Shown: positions 47,358-56,965 of the stretch, one piece after another
Layout of the letters: each line of letters starts with the position of its first letter
Numbering within the stretch: position 1 is the first letter of the stretch
DNA from: Candidatus Hydrogenedentota bacterium
Lineage (GTDB): Bacteria > Hydrogenedentota > Hydrogenedentia > Hydrogenedentales > SLHB01
Assembly: GCA_963674865.2 (NCBI GenBank)
Contig: CAXXYE010000008.1
Location: 32,001-96,000, forward strand
DNA: 64,000 bases
Direction of reading: 5' to 3'
The notes under the pieces: generated by a model
Told to the model about the DNA's origin: nothing
Database searches by the model: none
Seen by the model: only the letters and a program-made list of their open reading frames with translations
Program-made: the position numbers and the translations under genes

Positions 47358-48788
47358 GTGGCCAGGCAGAGACAATCCGTGTCGTTGTATGACCGGATGC
47401 CTCCGCACAACGTCGACGCGGAGCGCTCCGTGTTGGGGGCGATGCTGCTCAACCCCGATGCGGTAGGCGCCGCCATCGAGGTTCTTCACGACAAGCCGAC
47501 CGAAGTCTTCTACGCTGAGGCCCACCAGCATATCTATACCGCGGTTGTGTCCCTTTTTGGCCGGAACACACCCGTGGACGCCGTTACGCTGGTTGAGCAA
47601 CTGACGCGGGACAACCGGCTCGATGCTGCGGGCGGGCCAAGCTACATCGCCGACCTTGCGTCCGCGGTGCCGACGTCGGCCAATGTGGAGCACTATGCCC
47701 GCATCGTGCTCGACGCTGCCGTGCTTCGCAAACTCATCTCGAGGTGCAGCCTCATTGCCGGGGAAGCATATGACCTGCCGGACGATGTGAACTCGTTTCT
47801 GGATCGTGCCGAGGCGGACATCTTCTCCATTGCCGAAACACGGCAACTAAATCCCATCTACCAGTTGAATGAACTTGTGCCTGACGCCGTCGTGCGGATC
47901 GAGAACCTCATCAAGTCGCACTCGGGCATCACCGGTTTGCCCACTGGATTCACCGAGTTGGACAAGTTGCTCTCCGGCCTGCAGCCCTCCGACATGATTG
48001 TCTTGGCGGCACGTCCTTCTGTCGGGAAAACCGCCTTCGCGCTGAATATCGCAACGCATGCCGCTGTTCACGACCAGAAGCCGGTTCTGATGTTCAGCCT
48101 CGAGATGGCCAAAGAACAGCTCGCGCAGCGCATGCTGTGCCTCGAAGGTCAGATCGATACCGGCAGGCTTCGGGACGGATTCCTGGCGGGCAAGGAGTTT
48201 CCGAAAGTCCAGCACGCGGCCGATAAACTTTCCCGAGCCCCCATTTTCATTGACGACACGGCCAATATAACCGCACTCGAGATCCGCTCCAAGGCGCGGC
48301 GGCATAAGTCCCAGCATGGCCTTGAACTTCTTGTCGTAGACTACATGCAGCTCATGAGCAGCCCGCGGCGGGCGGAAAACCGCCAAGTCGAGATCTCCGA
48401 TATCTCACGTTCGATCAAAGGACTGGCGCGGGAGCTTAGCGTGCCCGTTATCGCGATATCCCAGCTCAGCCGCGAGGCCGAGCGCGATGATACCGGGACA
48501 CCCAAATTATCCCACCTGCGGGAGTCGGGCGCCATCGAGCAGGATGCGGACGTGGTTCTGATGCTTTCCCGGCCGCGGGACGAGGAAAACCGCAATCTCA
48601 TCAAGCTTCACGTGGCGAAACAGCGCAACGGGCCTACGGGAGAGGTAGATCTTTTCTTTGACAGGAATACACAGCGATTTGGGGACCTCGTCGACGATGC
48701 GAGCAAGTTCGCGCCTTCGGCGCAGGTGCACGAATCGGCTCCGGACTATGGCGAGGAGTACGTCTCGGACGACGACGTGCCCTTCTAA
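47358..48788 (+). CDS. dnaB: Replicative DNA helicase
   Basis: PPHNVDAERSVLG, AARPSVGKT, FSLEM, VDYMQL, LRESGAIEQDAD and KQRNGPTG; GTG start after GGGAGG; no intein. Confidence 0.97.
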   Translation: MARQRQSVSLYDRMPPHNVDAERSVLGAMLLNPDAVGAAIEVLHDKPTEVFYAEAHQHIYTAVVSLFGRNTPVDAVTLVEQLTRDNRLDAAGGPSYIADLASAVPTSANVEHYARIVLDAAVLRKLISRCSLIAGEAYDLPDDVNSFLDRAEADIFSIAETRQLNPIYQLNELVPDAVVRIENLIKSHSGITGLPTGFTELDKLLSGLQPSDMIVLAARPSVGKTAFALNIATHAAVHDQKPVLMFSLEMAKEQLAQRMLCLEGQIDTGRLRDGFLAGKEFPKVQHAADKLSRAPIFIDDTANITALEIRSKARRHKSQHGLELLVVDYMQLMSSPRRAENRQVEISDISRSIKGLARELSVPVIAISQLSREAERDDTGTPKLSHLRESGAIEQDADVVLMLSRPRDEENRNLIKLHVAKQRNGPTGEVDLFFDRNTQRFGDLVDDASKFAPSAQVHESAPDYGEEYVSDDDVPF

Positions 48789-48851
48789 GCGGGGCATGGA
48801 AGCGCAGGCCGGCCGCGTGGCCGGAACACTGAGGAAACGAGGAGATTGGGC

Positions 48852-49721
48852 ATGTTTCGTGGATCCATCGTAGCGGTTGTCACGCCGTTTAAGGCTAATT
48901 CGGATGTGGACTATGACGCCTACGGCAGACTAATCGATTTTCACATCGAGCAAGGCACCGACGGCATCGTCCCCTGCGGCTGCACCGGCGAGGCGGCCAC
49001 TTTGTCCCATGATGAGCAGAAGGCCTGTATCCGCTTCGTGACGGAGCGGGTTGCGGGCAGGAAGCCCGTCATTGCCGGGACAGGGTCGAACAATACGAAA
49101 GAGGCCCTAACGCTGACGCGGTACGCGAAGGAAGTCGGCGCCGACGGAGCGCTTCTGATAACGCCCTACTACAACAAACCAACGGCTGCCGGGCAGATCG
49201 CTCATTACACAACAATTGCCAATGCCGTGGATATCCCCATCGTTCTGTATAACGTGCCGGGACGCACGGGCACAAAGATAGCGCCGGAAACGATTGCAGG
49301 ATTGAGCCAAGTGGACAACATTGTGGCCGTCAAGGAGGCCTGTGGAAGCGTGGATCAGGTGTCGCAGATTCTCAGTCTTTGTGAGATCGCCGTGATCTCG
49401 GGCGACGACAGCCTGACGCTGCCGATGATGGCCGTCGGCGCCACGGGCGTAATCTCCGTTGCGGCAAATGTGGCGCCGGCCAAGGTGGCGAGAATGTGCG
49501 CGGCCTTCGAGCAGGGCGATTTGGACAGGGCGAGGAAACTGCACTACGAGTTGATGCCTTTGTTTAAGGCCTTGTTCCTGGAAACGAATCCTATGCCGGT
49601 GAAGGCCACGCTCGCGAAGATGGGCTTGATCGAGAACATTCTCCGGTTGCCGTTGACGACGATGCAGCCGCAGATGTTTTCAAAACTCGAACCTGTTATT
49701 GCAAAACTTGGACTGGTGTAA
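48852..49721 (+). CDS. dapA: 4-hydroxy-tetrahydrodipicolinate synthase
   Basis: GCTGE, PYYNKP, LYNVPGRT, VKEA, SGDD and ETNPMPVK motifs. Confidence 0.96.
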   Translation: MFRGSIVAVVTPFKANSDVDYDAYGRLIDFHIEQGTDGIVPCGCTGEAATLSHDEQKACIRFVTERVAGRKPVIAGTGSNNTKEALTLTRYAKEVGADGALLITPYYNKPTAAGQIAHYTTIANAVDIPIVLYNVPGRTGTKIAPETIAGLSQVDNIVAVKEACGSVDQVSQILSLCEIAVISGDDSLTLPMMAVGATGVISVAANVAPAKVARMCAAFEQGDLDRARKLHYELMPLFKALFLETNPMPVKATLAKMGLIENILRLPLTTMQPQMFSKLEPVIAKLGLV

Positions 49722-49761
49722 AGGCGTTTGGCGTGGCGTGGTGACTTCCGGAGCAAGAATC

Positions 49762-50550
49762 ATGAAGATATGCGTAGCGGGTGCGTGTGGCCGTATGGGA
49801 CGGCGAATTCTGGCGTTGGCTTCCAGCACCGAAGGTATCGAGATAGGCGGCCTGTTTGACGCGTCGGGCCTGGCCGGTACGGCACTGGCCATCGACGGCG
49901 CATCCGGTTCGTTTACCGTGGGGAACGATCCCGCCGCCGAGGTTGCCAAGTCCGACGTGCTCATCGACTTCACCGTGGCTGACGCCTGCGTCGGCAATGT
50001 GAGCCTCGCGGCTGAAGCCGGCAAGGCGTGCGTGGTGGGCACTACCGGCCTGACGGATGCCCACCAGAAGGAACTTGCGGTGCTGGCGCGGAAAGTCCCC
50101 ATTGTGTTCGCGCCGAACATGAGTGTGGGTGTCAACCTTCTATTCAAGCTTACGAGTGAGGTCGCGGCGATTCTTGGCCTGGACTACAACGTGGAAATCG
50201 TGGAAATCCACCACAACCAGAAGCAGGATAGTCCCAGCGGGACGGCTGTACGACTCGCGGAGCGCGCGGCGCAGGCCCTCGGCCTCGACTACGCTGCCGA
50301 CACGGTTCATGGGCGCGAGGGAATGGTGGGCAAACGCCCGCCGCGTCAGATTGGGATGCATGCGGTTCGCGGGGGAGACGTGGTCGGCGAGCACACGGTG
50401 AGTTTCATTGGCCAAGGGGAACGCGTCGAACTCATTCATAAGGCCCACAGTCGAGACAATTTCGTGCGAGGCGCTTTTGTGGCGGCCCGATTCGCCACCG
50501 GGGCGCAGCCCGGCCTGTACGATATGCAGGATGTTCTTGGCCTGAAGTAG
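49762..50550 (+). CDS. dapB: 4-hydroxy-tetrahydrodipicolinate reductase
   Basis: GACGRMG, VGTTG and EIHHNQKQDSPSGTA motifs. Confidence 0.96.
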   Translation: MKICVAGACGRMGRRILALASSTEGIEIGGLFDASGLAGTALAIDGASGSFTVGNDPAAEVAKSDVLIDFTVADACVGNVSLAAEAGKACVVGTTGLTDAHQKELAVLARKVPIVFAPNMSVGVNLLFKLTSEVAAILGLDYNVEIVEIHHNQKQDSPSGTAVRLAERAAQALGLDYAADTVHGREGMVGKRPPRQIGMHAVRGGDVVGEHTVSFIGQGERVELIHKAHSRDNFVRGAFVAARFATGAQPGLYDMQDVLGLK

Positions 50551-50577
50551 TTCCGGCGTTGGTCCCTTCTCGCCTCG

Positions 50578-51603
50578 TCAGGAACTCACCTGATAGGCGC
50601 GCGCCGTATTCATCAGGGCGCGGATGTTATCAAGAGGCGTCTCGCCCGGCAGATCGCATCCCGTGCTCAGGATGAAGTTCGGGAAACGATCCATGGAATG
50701 CAGGAGGGCCAGCGTCTCCCGCTCCACGGCTTCAGGCGTGCCGCGCAGCATGGTGGTTGCCGGATTGATATTGCCTATCACGGTAACCTCCTCCGACAGA
50801 TTCTCAGCCACTGCCGGCAGGTCGACACCTGCGTCGGCGCTGTCCAGACTCACTCCCGAGACCCCCGTACCAATCATCTTGTCCACGATGCGCATGGTGT
50901 TGCCGCAGGTGTGGTAGATGACATCGATGCCGCTGTACCGGCAACTGGTGGTGATGTGGCGCACGAATGAGGCGGAGAACTGCTCGAATTGATCCGGCCC
51001 AAGCATGACGGCGCTGGGCTCGAGCACACAGACCACCTGGGCGCCCGCCGCAATCAGTAGCCGTACGTACTCGTGGATGCGTTCAGCGGCGAATTCGACG
51101 AGGGTTGTGAACGTGTCCGGCTCCATGATCGTGGCTATGGCGGCGGCGTCCGAGCCAAGGATAAGGGCGGCCAACGAGTACGGCCCGGTGACGTAGGCCC
51201 CGCGGAGCATGTCTGCCGGGAGGCCGATATCCATGAGTCGCATCGTTTCGACATAGCCGTTCAGGCGGCCGTCGAAGCTGATATTGATCTCACGCAATTG
51301 CTCGAGTTCGTCCATATGAAAAGTGTCCTTTGGGACGGTGGCGGACTCGTCCTTCGGGAACAACGTATATCGCCCCATAGCATTGGCTTCCACGGAGAGG
51401 TCCATCAGCGGGAAGATCAGATCCGGGTGATAGAGATGAGCAAGTTTCCGGATGGCCTTGTAGTGCTCGCCGTAGTTCTGCTGCGCCGTCTTGATATTGC
51501 TTCCAATGGCACGCACACCGGGAAAGCCCATCAGAGGCGCCACAATGCGTCGTTTCTCTTCGTACGCTTCATGCGCCATTCGCACCAGGTTACTTCTCGG
51601 CAT
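50578..51603 (-). CDS. Uroporphyrinogen decarboxylase-superfamily protein, MtaA/CmuA methyltransferase-like
   Basis: SVEANAMG, TGPYSLA, YHTCG, GNINP and LSTGCD (Zn ligands H-x-C...C). Confidence 0.85.
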   Translation of the reverse strand: MPRSNLVRMAHEAYEEKRRIVAPLMGFPGVRAIGSNIKTAQQNYGEHYKAIRKLAHLYHPDLIFPLMDLSVEANAMGRYTLFPKDESATVPKDTFHMDELEQLREINISFDGRLNGYVETMRLMDIGLPADMLRGAYVTGPYSLAALILGSDAAAIATIMEPDTFTTLVEFAAERIHEYVRLLIAAGAQVVCVLEPSAVMLGPDQFEQFSASFVRHITTSCRYSGIDVIYHTCGNTMRIVDKMIGTGVSGVSLDSADAGVDLPAVAENLSEEVTVIGNINPATTMLRGTPEAVERETLALLHSMDRFPNFILSTGCDLPGETPLDNIRALMNTARAYQVSS

Positions 51604-51668
51604 TACTTCTCATGCTCCTTTTCTCTATGGGTGGATCTTGTTTCCCACTCGATGGAAGTGCTCGACGG

Positions 51669-53168
51669 CTACGCGTGGCAGAGCTTGGGGGGGAGCCAGT
51701 CATCGGCCGCGCTCGTGTGGCGCAGCAGAGCCGCCAGAAGATTGGCCTTTACATCACGGCAGGCAGGGTCATCCCAGCGATTCTGCAATTCACCGGGATC
51801 GCGCTGCAGATCGTAAAGCAGGCCGTAGTCGCTGTTGGCATAGTACGTAAGAGCCCAATCCGCCGTCCGGATCTGGCGGAGTCGGTCTTTGATATACGTC
51901 TCGTCATACTCGATATACACGGCGTCCCGGTGGCTCACTGCGTCGCCGGCCAGGAGGCCTCTGTACGAGCGGCCCTGCACGCCCTCGGGAGCTTGGACGC
52001 CGGCGAGATCGAGTACGGTGGGACAGAAGTCCACAGCCGACACCAGTGCCGAGGATGCACGCCCAGTCTTAGCCGCACCGGGCAGACGCCAGATCGTAGG
52101 TACACGCACGAGGCCGCGAAACAGGAATGGCCCTTTGTTGATTAGGTGATGATCTCCCATCAGGTCGGCGTGATCGCTCAGAAACACAATAGCCGTTCGC
52201 TCAAGGTCGCCTGTCTCTTCAAGGACCTTGAGCACCCGCCCGATGTTGTGGTCCACCATGGAGATCATCCCATACGTGTGAGCGAGGATTTCGCGGTATT
52301 GGCTCTCCGTAATGTTGTCCGTGCCGCCCTCGAGTCCGCCGACGCGTATTTTCCCCTCGTAGCAGTCGCGGAAATACGGCGGCAAACGGTCCCATTCGCC
52401 ATCGCGGCGCGCCGGGGCGAAGCGCAGCGCTTCAGGATCGTAGTGATCGCAATACGGCCGCGGAGGTGAATAGGGATGATGGGGGTCGGGAAAGGAACAC
52501 CATGCGAAAAAGGGGCGAGTGCGTTCGCGGGCGTACAAAAACTCGATGGCCCGATCCGCAATGGCCGTATTGTAATGGAACTCCTCGGGGATGGCGGCCT
52601 TCCATGACTCGCGCGTACCTGTCGGGGGGCTCAACGCGTGATTTCGGCTTAGTCTCGCGTGCATGCCCGGGTGATCGCGGTCGAGGTCGCGTTGGTAGTG
52701 GCCTGAGCAGTACGGCCCATGTCCGAGAGTCAGGTACAGATGCTCAAAGCCGTAGTAAGGCGCGGGGGGCTCATTGCCCTCGGCCCACCATTTGCGGCTC
52801 TCGAACAACTCATGCTCATTCGTGGCCCGCGTCTCGTTCATTCCATAGGGCGCGAGATGAATCTTCCCAAACGAGGCCGTCACATAGCCCGCGCGGCGGA
52901 GGATGTCCGGCAGGACCTCTTCCGTCGGCGCGAGGGTGTTGCCGTTCTCGCGGACGCCATGGGCCTTCGGATACCTGCCCGTGAAGAGCGACGCCCGGTT
53001 AGGCATGCACACCGGATTGGCGACGAAGGATTCCTCAAATCGAATGCCTTCACGCGCCAGCCGATCGAGATGCGGCGTTTGAATATCCGAATTGCCGTAG
53101 GCCGCGACGTGATCCGCGCGCATCTGATCGGTAACAAAGCAAAGGATATTCAGCTTGTCTGCTGCCAT
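51669..53168 (-). CDS. Cys-type sulfatase, cytoplasmic
   Basis: TDQMRAD, CMPNRASLFTG, GKIH, PDPHHP and SDHAD motifs. Confidence 0.93.
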   Translation of the reverse strand: MAADKLNILCFVTDQMRADHVAAYGNSDIQTPHLDRLAREGIRFEESFVANPVCMPNRASLFTGRYPKAHGVRENGNTLAPTEEVLPDILRRAGYVTASFGKIHLAPYGMNETRATNEHELFESRKWWAEGNEPPAPYYGFEHLYLTLGHGPYCSGHYQRDLDRDHPGMHARLSRNHALSPPTGTRESWKAAIPEEFHYNTAIADRAIEFLYARERTRPFFAWCSFPDPHHPYSPPRPYCDHYDPEALRFAPARRDGEWDRLPPYFRDCYEGKIRVGGLEGGTDNITESQYREILAHTYGMISMVDHNIGRVLKVLEETGDLERTAIVFLSDHADLMGDHHLINKGPFLFRGLVRVPTIWRLPGAAKTGRASSALVSAVDFCPTVLDLAGVQAPEGVQGRSYRGLLAGDAVSHRDAVYIEYDETYIKDRLRQIRTADWALTYYANSDYGLLYDLQRDPGELQNRWDDPACRDVKANLLAALLRHTSAADDWLPPKLCHA

Positions 53169-53209
53169 CTTGTGCCTGAATTGTGCTGGTTCTCAGCGTG
53201 CTGTCATCG

Positions 53210-54190
53210 TCAAGTTGACAGGATGTGCGCCACCCGTAGAAAGGACGGGTCGAAGCGCGTCCGGCATTCCCAGGCCTCCGACAGCGGCCGAAGCACGACC
53301 GCATTGGAGCTGATACCTGCCATCTTGCCTGTTTCACCTTCGAGGAGGGCCTCAACCGCCCGCAGTGCAAGCCGGCTGGCCAGAATGCGATCAAAAGCCG
53401 TCGGACTGCCGCCGCGTTGCAGATGGCCGATAACGACCACGCGCGAGTCCTTGAACTCAGGGACGTCAGTCAGATCGCCAACTTTCTTAGCAACTTCGAT
53501 GGCACTCCCCGCGTCGTCCCCTTCCGCCACGACGACGATGCTCGATGTCTTGCCCTTGGCGCGTGCCTTCGCCAAGTCGTCCGCGAGCTTCGGCACGTCG
53601 GTTGGCTCCTCAGGCACCAAGATGACCTCGGCCCCGCCGGCGATGCCGCTCATCATGGCCAGGTAGCCGCTATGCCGCCCCATCACCTCGATGAAAAAGA
53701 GGCGGTCGTGCGACTGTGCGGTATCGCGGATACGATCAATCGCATCGAGGGCGGTATTGAGGGCGGTATCGTAGCCGATGGTAAAGTTCGTTCCGCCGAT
53801 GTCGTTATCGATGGTTCCGGGCACGCCGATACACTTGATTCCGTGCTCCTCGTGCAGCGCAAGGGCGCCACGGTACGAGCCGTCACCGCCAATAACCACG
53901 AGGCCCTCGATGCCCAATTCGGCGAGATGCTTGGCGCCTTGCACGCGTCCCTCCGGCTCGTACCATGCCTTGCATCGGGCACTCCGGAGGATCGTCCCGC
54001 CGCGGTTGATGATGCCGCTCACCGACCGCGCTCCCATGGGCTGGATCACACCTTCAATGAGGCCCTGATAGCCGCGCTCGATTCCGAATACTTCGAGTCC
54101 GTGATAGATCGCGGTGCGCACAACCGCCCTGATGGCCGCGTTCATGCCTGGGGAATCGCCGCCGCTTGTCAGCACGCCAATCTTCTTCAT
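53210..54190 (-). CDS. pfkA: ATP-dependent 6-phosphofructokinase
   Basis: TSGGDSPGMN, GGDGS, PGTIDND, EVMGR and GHLQRGG motifs. Confidence 0.97.
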   Translation of the reverse strand: MKKIGVLTSGGDSPGMNAAIRAVVRTAIYHGLEVFGIERGYQGLIEGVIQPMGARSVSGIINRGGTILRSARCKAWYEPEGRVQGAKHLAELGIEGLVVIGGDGSYRGALALHEEHGIKCIGVPGTIDNDIGGTNFTIGYDTALNTALDAIDRIRDTAQSHDRLFFIEVMGRHSGYLAMMSGIAGGAEVILVPEEPTDVPKLADDLAKARAKGKTSSIVVVAEGDDAGSAIEVAKKVGDLTDVPEFKDSRVVVIGHLQRGGSPTAFDRILASRLALRAVEALLEGETGKMAGISSNAVVLRPLSEAWECRTRFDPSFLRVAHILST

Positions 54191-54385
54191 AGCCGTCCAC
54201 CCCTCCGAGTATCAGATCCTCTTCCGAACACTGCTTTTAGGCCAGCGGGCCGCTCCTGCTCTCGGCAATGTACTTGCTCGCGGAAGCGAACGCGCAGAAA
54301 TACGCTCCTCCCGGCCGAGTGCCTTAAGGATAATACATTTCGACATCTGCGGGAACCTTTGGCCAAATCCCCGGCGATGCAAGGA

Positions 54386-56257
54386 CTACTCTTTGTTCTC
54401 CGCTTCCGGTTCCGGTATGGCCGCTCCAGGCGGCTCGGGCTCGGACAGCGGCTTGGCCTCGGCCGCATACTCGAGGGCGCGCGCCCGCCACTCGGCCAAG
54501 GCGGCAACGGCGGCCGCCTCGATGGCGCGCCCCGACGTGTCTAGCCGCTGTGCCTCAGCAATGAGCCGGCTCACCTCCGCCATGAGCCAGTCGCCTCGTT
54601 CCCGCGCGCCGGAGGCGGCCCCAGAACCTGTCAGATAAGCGGCTCGGTATTCAGCCGACTTCTGCAAGGTGTCGTTAAGCGGCGCGTGGAATGGCTCGCC
54701 GCGCTCTTGCTCGAGTACGCAGAGGTCCCGTGACAAGCGGGCCATGCAAGCTAGGACAGGCGCCGCAACGGCTCGCGGAATCGTGCCGCTGTGCCACTCC
54801 TGCTCCACTTCGGGGAACATCCGAAGGAGGGCGAAGAAATGGCGCCGTTCAGGGGGGGCGGCGTCATCGCCCGAGAGATTATGGACGAAGGACGCCAGTT
54901 CCGGCGGGATTTGCTCCAGGAGACGCTTCTCATCCAGTAGCGCGTGGGCCTCTCTCCGCATTTCACCGAGAGCGGCCTGCTCAAGGATGGCGCCGCCGCG
55001 GCCGGAAAGGCAAACGGGCGTGCCTGTCAGGTGCAGCGTGAGCGCCCCGTGTTCCAAGACGGGGGCTGCGAGGCGGTTGTTAAGCGCGTCGGTTAGCACG
55101 AGGTCAGTAGCGCCGGCGGCCGGGAGCGCGGCGTCGACAGGCTCACCGGTTGTCCACGCCACGGCAAGCCATTCATCTTGCGCACAGAACGCATGAAGAC
55201 GCGTCTCCGAATCCGCGCCAATCCGGCCGACATACCGCGCGTCTTGCAGACGGTGGGTAAGTCCGCTCACGAGGGCATAAGCGTCGCCAAAGGCCTCGTT
55301 TGAGAATAACAGCGTCCCATCCACCACCGTGTGCACGGCCCCTGCCGCCCGGTTCTCGATGAGGTGGCCTACGACTGCCCCTCCGACTTGGCCTTCTTCC
55401 GGGAGGGCGTTGGCATCCAAGATAATAGGCAAGTTCTCATAGCCCGCCTGCTCAACGGCTTCGCGTACGGCCGCGATATCGGCCGGCGAAAGGTCCCCTC
55501 GGCATACGAGGCGATCCGCGAAGCGGCCCGCGCCCCGCGCCAGAAATGCGCTCGCGGCATCCGGGCCGTCCACGCAGAGTCCCACGGGCGCCCTGCTGCC
55601 GCCGCGCCGAAGCGCGCCGGAAATATCTCCCAGGGAAGGCGCCTCGCCGCCCAGGTCAATCTCCCACAGGAAGACCTGGTTGCCGATGTCCCGCGCGAGG
55701 GCCTCGGCCCCCGCGGCGGCATCGCTCCCCGGGGCCGCATAGAACAGGGCGGCGGTTCTTATACCGGCCGTGGCCAAGTCCGCGACGGTTCTGCGAAAGC
55801 CGGGCCGCGAAGCATCGAGCTGGGCGTAGCCCACCGGGATGTTGGCCAGCGCAATCAGATCCGCCTTGTCTGCCGTGCCGATCTTGACGGACACGTCGAG
55901 AGGCTTCAAACCGAGGGGCCGGTCGATGCGCACAAATGAGGCGTCATGGGAGGTCGTTTCTCCGCGGGCTTCCACTTGGAAGTGAGCGGTGTAGCGCCCG
56001 CACGCCTCCGCGAGGTCCTCAATGGCGTGCCAGTAGACTCCGCCTGGACGTAAGGTAAATCGCCCAAGGTCGGCGCGAATGACGTCGCCAAACTCGTGCC
56101 GGATATCGGCCTTGACGGCAATGGTGACTTGCTCCGGCGAGGCGAACTCGATCACAAGCGGCTCGCCGCTGTACACCATCGGGATAGGTTGGTCGGGCGC
56201 GAGGTGCAACTCGACTTGGGCTGCGGCAAGTCCTATCAGGAGAATCAGGGCGTGCAT
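54386..56257 (-). CDS. Secreted hypothetical protein, degenerate GH-like architecture
   Basis: Short signal peptide, Ig-like N-terminus, barrel-like middle and helical C-terminus. Confidence 0.65.
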   Translation of the reverse strand: MHALILLIGLAAAQVELHLAPDQPIPMVYSGEPLVIEFASPEQVTIAVKADIRHEFGDVIRADLGRFTLRPGGVYWHAIEDLAEACGRYTAHFQVEARGETTSHDASFVRIDRPLGLKPLDVSVKIGTADKADLIALANIPVGYAQLDASRPGFRRTVADLATAGIRTAALFYAAPGSDAAAGAEALARDIGNQVFLWEIDLGGEAPSLGDISGALRRGGSRAPVGLCVDGPDAASAFLARGAGRFADRLVCRGDLSPADIAAVREAVEQAGYENLPIILDANALPEEGQVGGAVVGHLIENRAAGAVHTVVDGTLLFSNEAFGDAYALVSGLTHRLQDARYVGRIGADSETRLHAFCAQDEWLAVAWTTGEPVDAALPAAGATDLVLTDALNNRLAAPVLEHGALTLHLTGTPVCLSGRGGAILEQAALGEMRREAHALLDEKRLLEQIPPELASFVHNLSGDDAAPPERRHFFALLRMFPEVEQEWHSGTIPRAVAAPVLACMARLSRDLCVLEQERGEPFHAPLNDTLQKSAEYRAAYLTGSGAASGARERGDWLMAEVSRLIAEAQRLDTSGRAIEAAAVAALAEWRARALEYAAEAKPLSEPEPPGAAIPEPEAENKE

Positions 56258-56868
56258 AAGCCCACCAAGTAGGGATTGGACTCCCGCTCCTCCCCGATGG
56301 TTGTGACGGGGCCGTGGCCGCTGTACACCGCAGTATCATCTGGGAGTGTAAGGAGTTCCGTTGCGATGGAACGCAGCAGTTGGTTGTGGTCGCCGCCCGG
56401 CAAGTCGGTTCGGCCGATAGAGCCCGCGAAGAGCACGTCTCCCACGAAGACAAGGCCATCGCCTACGAGGGCGATGTGGCCTGGGGAATGGCCCGGTACA
56501 TGACGGATATCGAGTGTCGTACCGCCCACGGTGACGGCATCTCCTGCGGCAAGGAACCGGGAGGGCTCCGGAGAGGGCGGGAACGGAACGCCGAACATGG
56601 CCCCTTGGGCCTCAATGGCCCGGAGTAGCTCGAGATCATCCCGATGGCAGGCCAGGTCGGCCCCCGTAGCCTCGATCATGGCGCCGTTCCCGCCGCAATG
56701 ATCGCAATGGCCGTGCGTGTTGACGATCATCCGCACGCGGCAGTCCCGGACTTCCCGAAGGAGTTCGGGCGGCGCGGCGCCCGGATCGATCACGATGGCC
56801 TCCCCATGATCCCGGATGACGAAACAGTTGGCCATGAAAGGGGTTAGCTGACAAGTCAGGATGTCCAC
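56245..56868 (-). CDS. MBL-fold metallo-hydrolase (glyoxalase II-like)
   Basis: THGHCDH, PGHSPG, GDVLF, GRTDLPGG and SGHG motifs. Confidence 0.93.
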   Translation of the reverse strand: MDILTCQLTPFMANCFVIRDHGEAIVIDPGAAPPELLREVRDCRVRMIVNTHGHCDHCGGNGAMIEATGADLACHRDDLELLRAIEAQGAMFGVPFPPSPEPSRFLAAGDAVTVGGTTLDIRHVPGHSPGHIALVGDGLVFVGDVLFAGSIGRTDLPGGDHNQLLRSIATELLTLPDDTAVYSGHGPVTTIGEERESNPYLVGLCTP

Positions 56869-56891
56869 AATGCGCCTCCGAAGTGGCCATG

Positions 56892-56920
56892 ATGCTACCC
56901 GCGCACCGTGGAGGAGTCAA
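56892..56920 (-). promoter_or_regulatory. Sigma70 promoter of the MBL hydrolase
   Basis: TTGACT-17 nt-TAGCAT on the minus strand. Confidence 0.55.
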
Positions 56921-56965
56921 GCCGACTCGTGTAAAATGGCCTGGACACAGCGAAAGGAGCATCGA

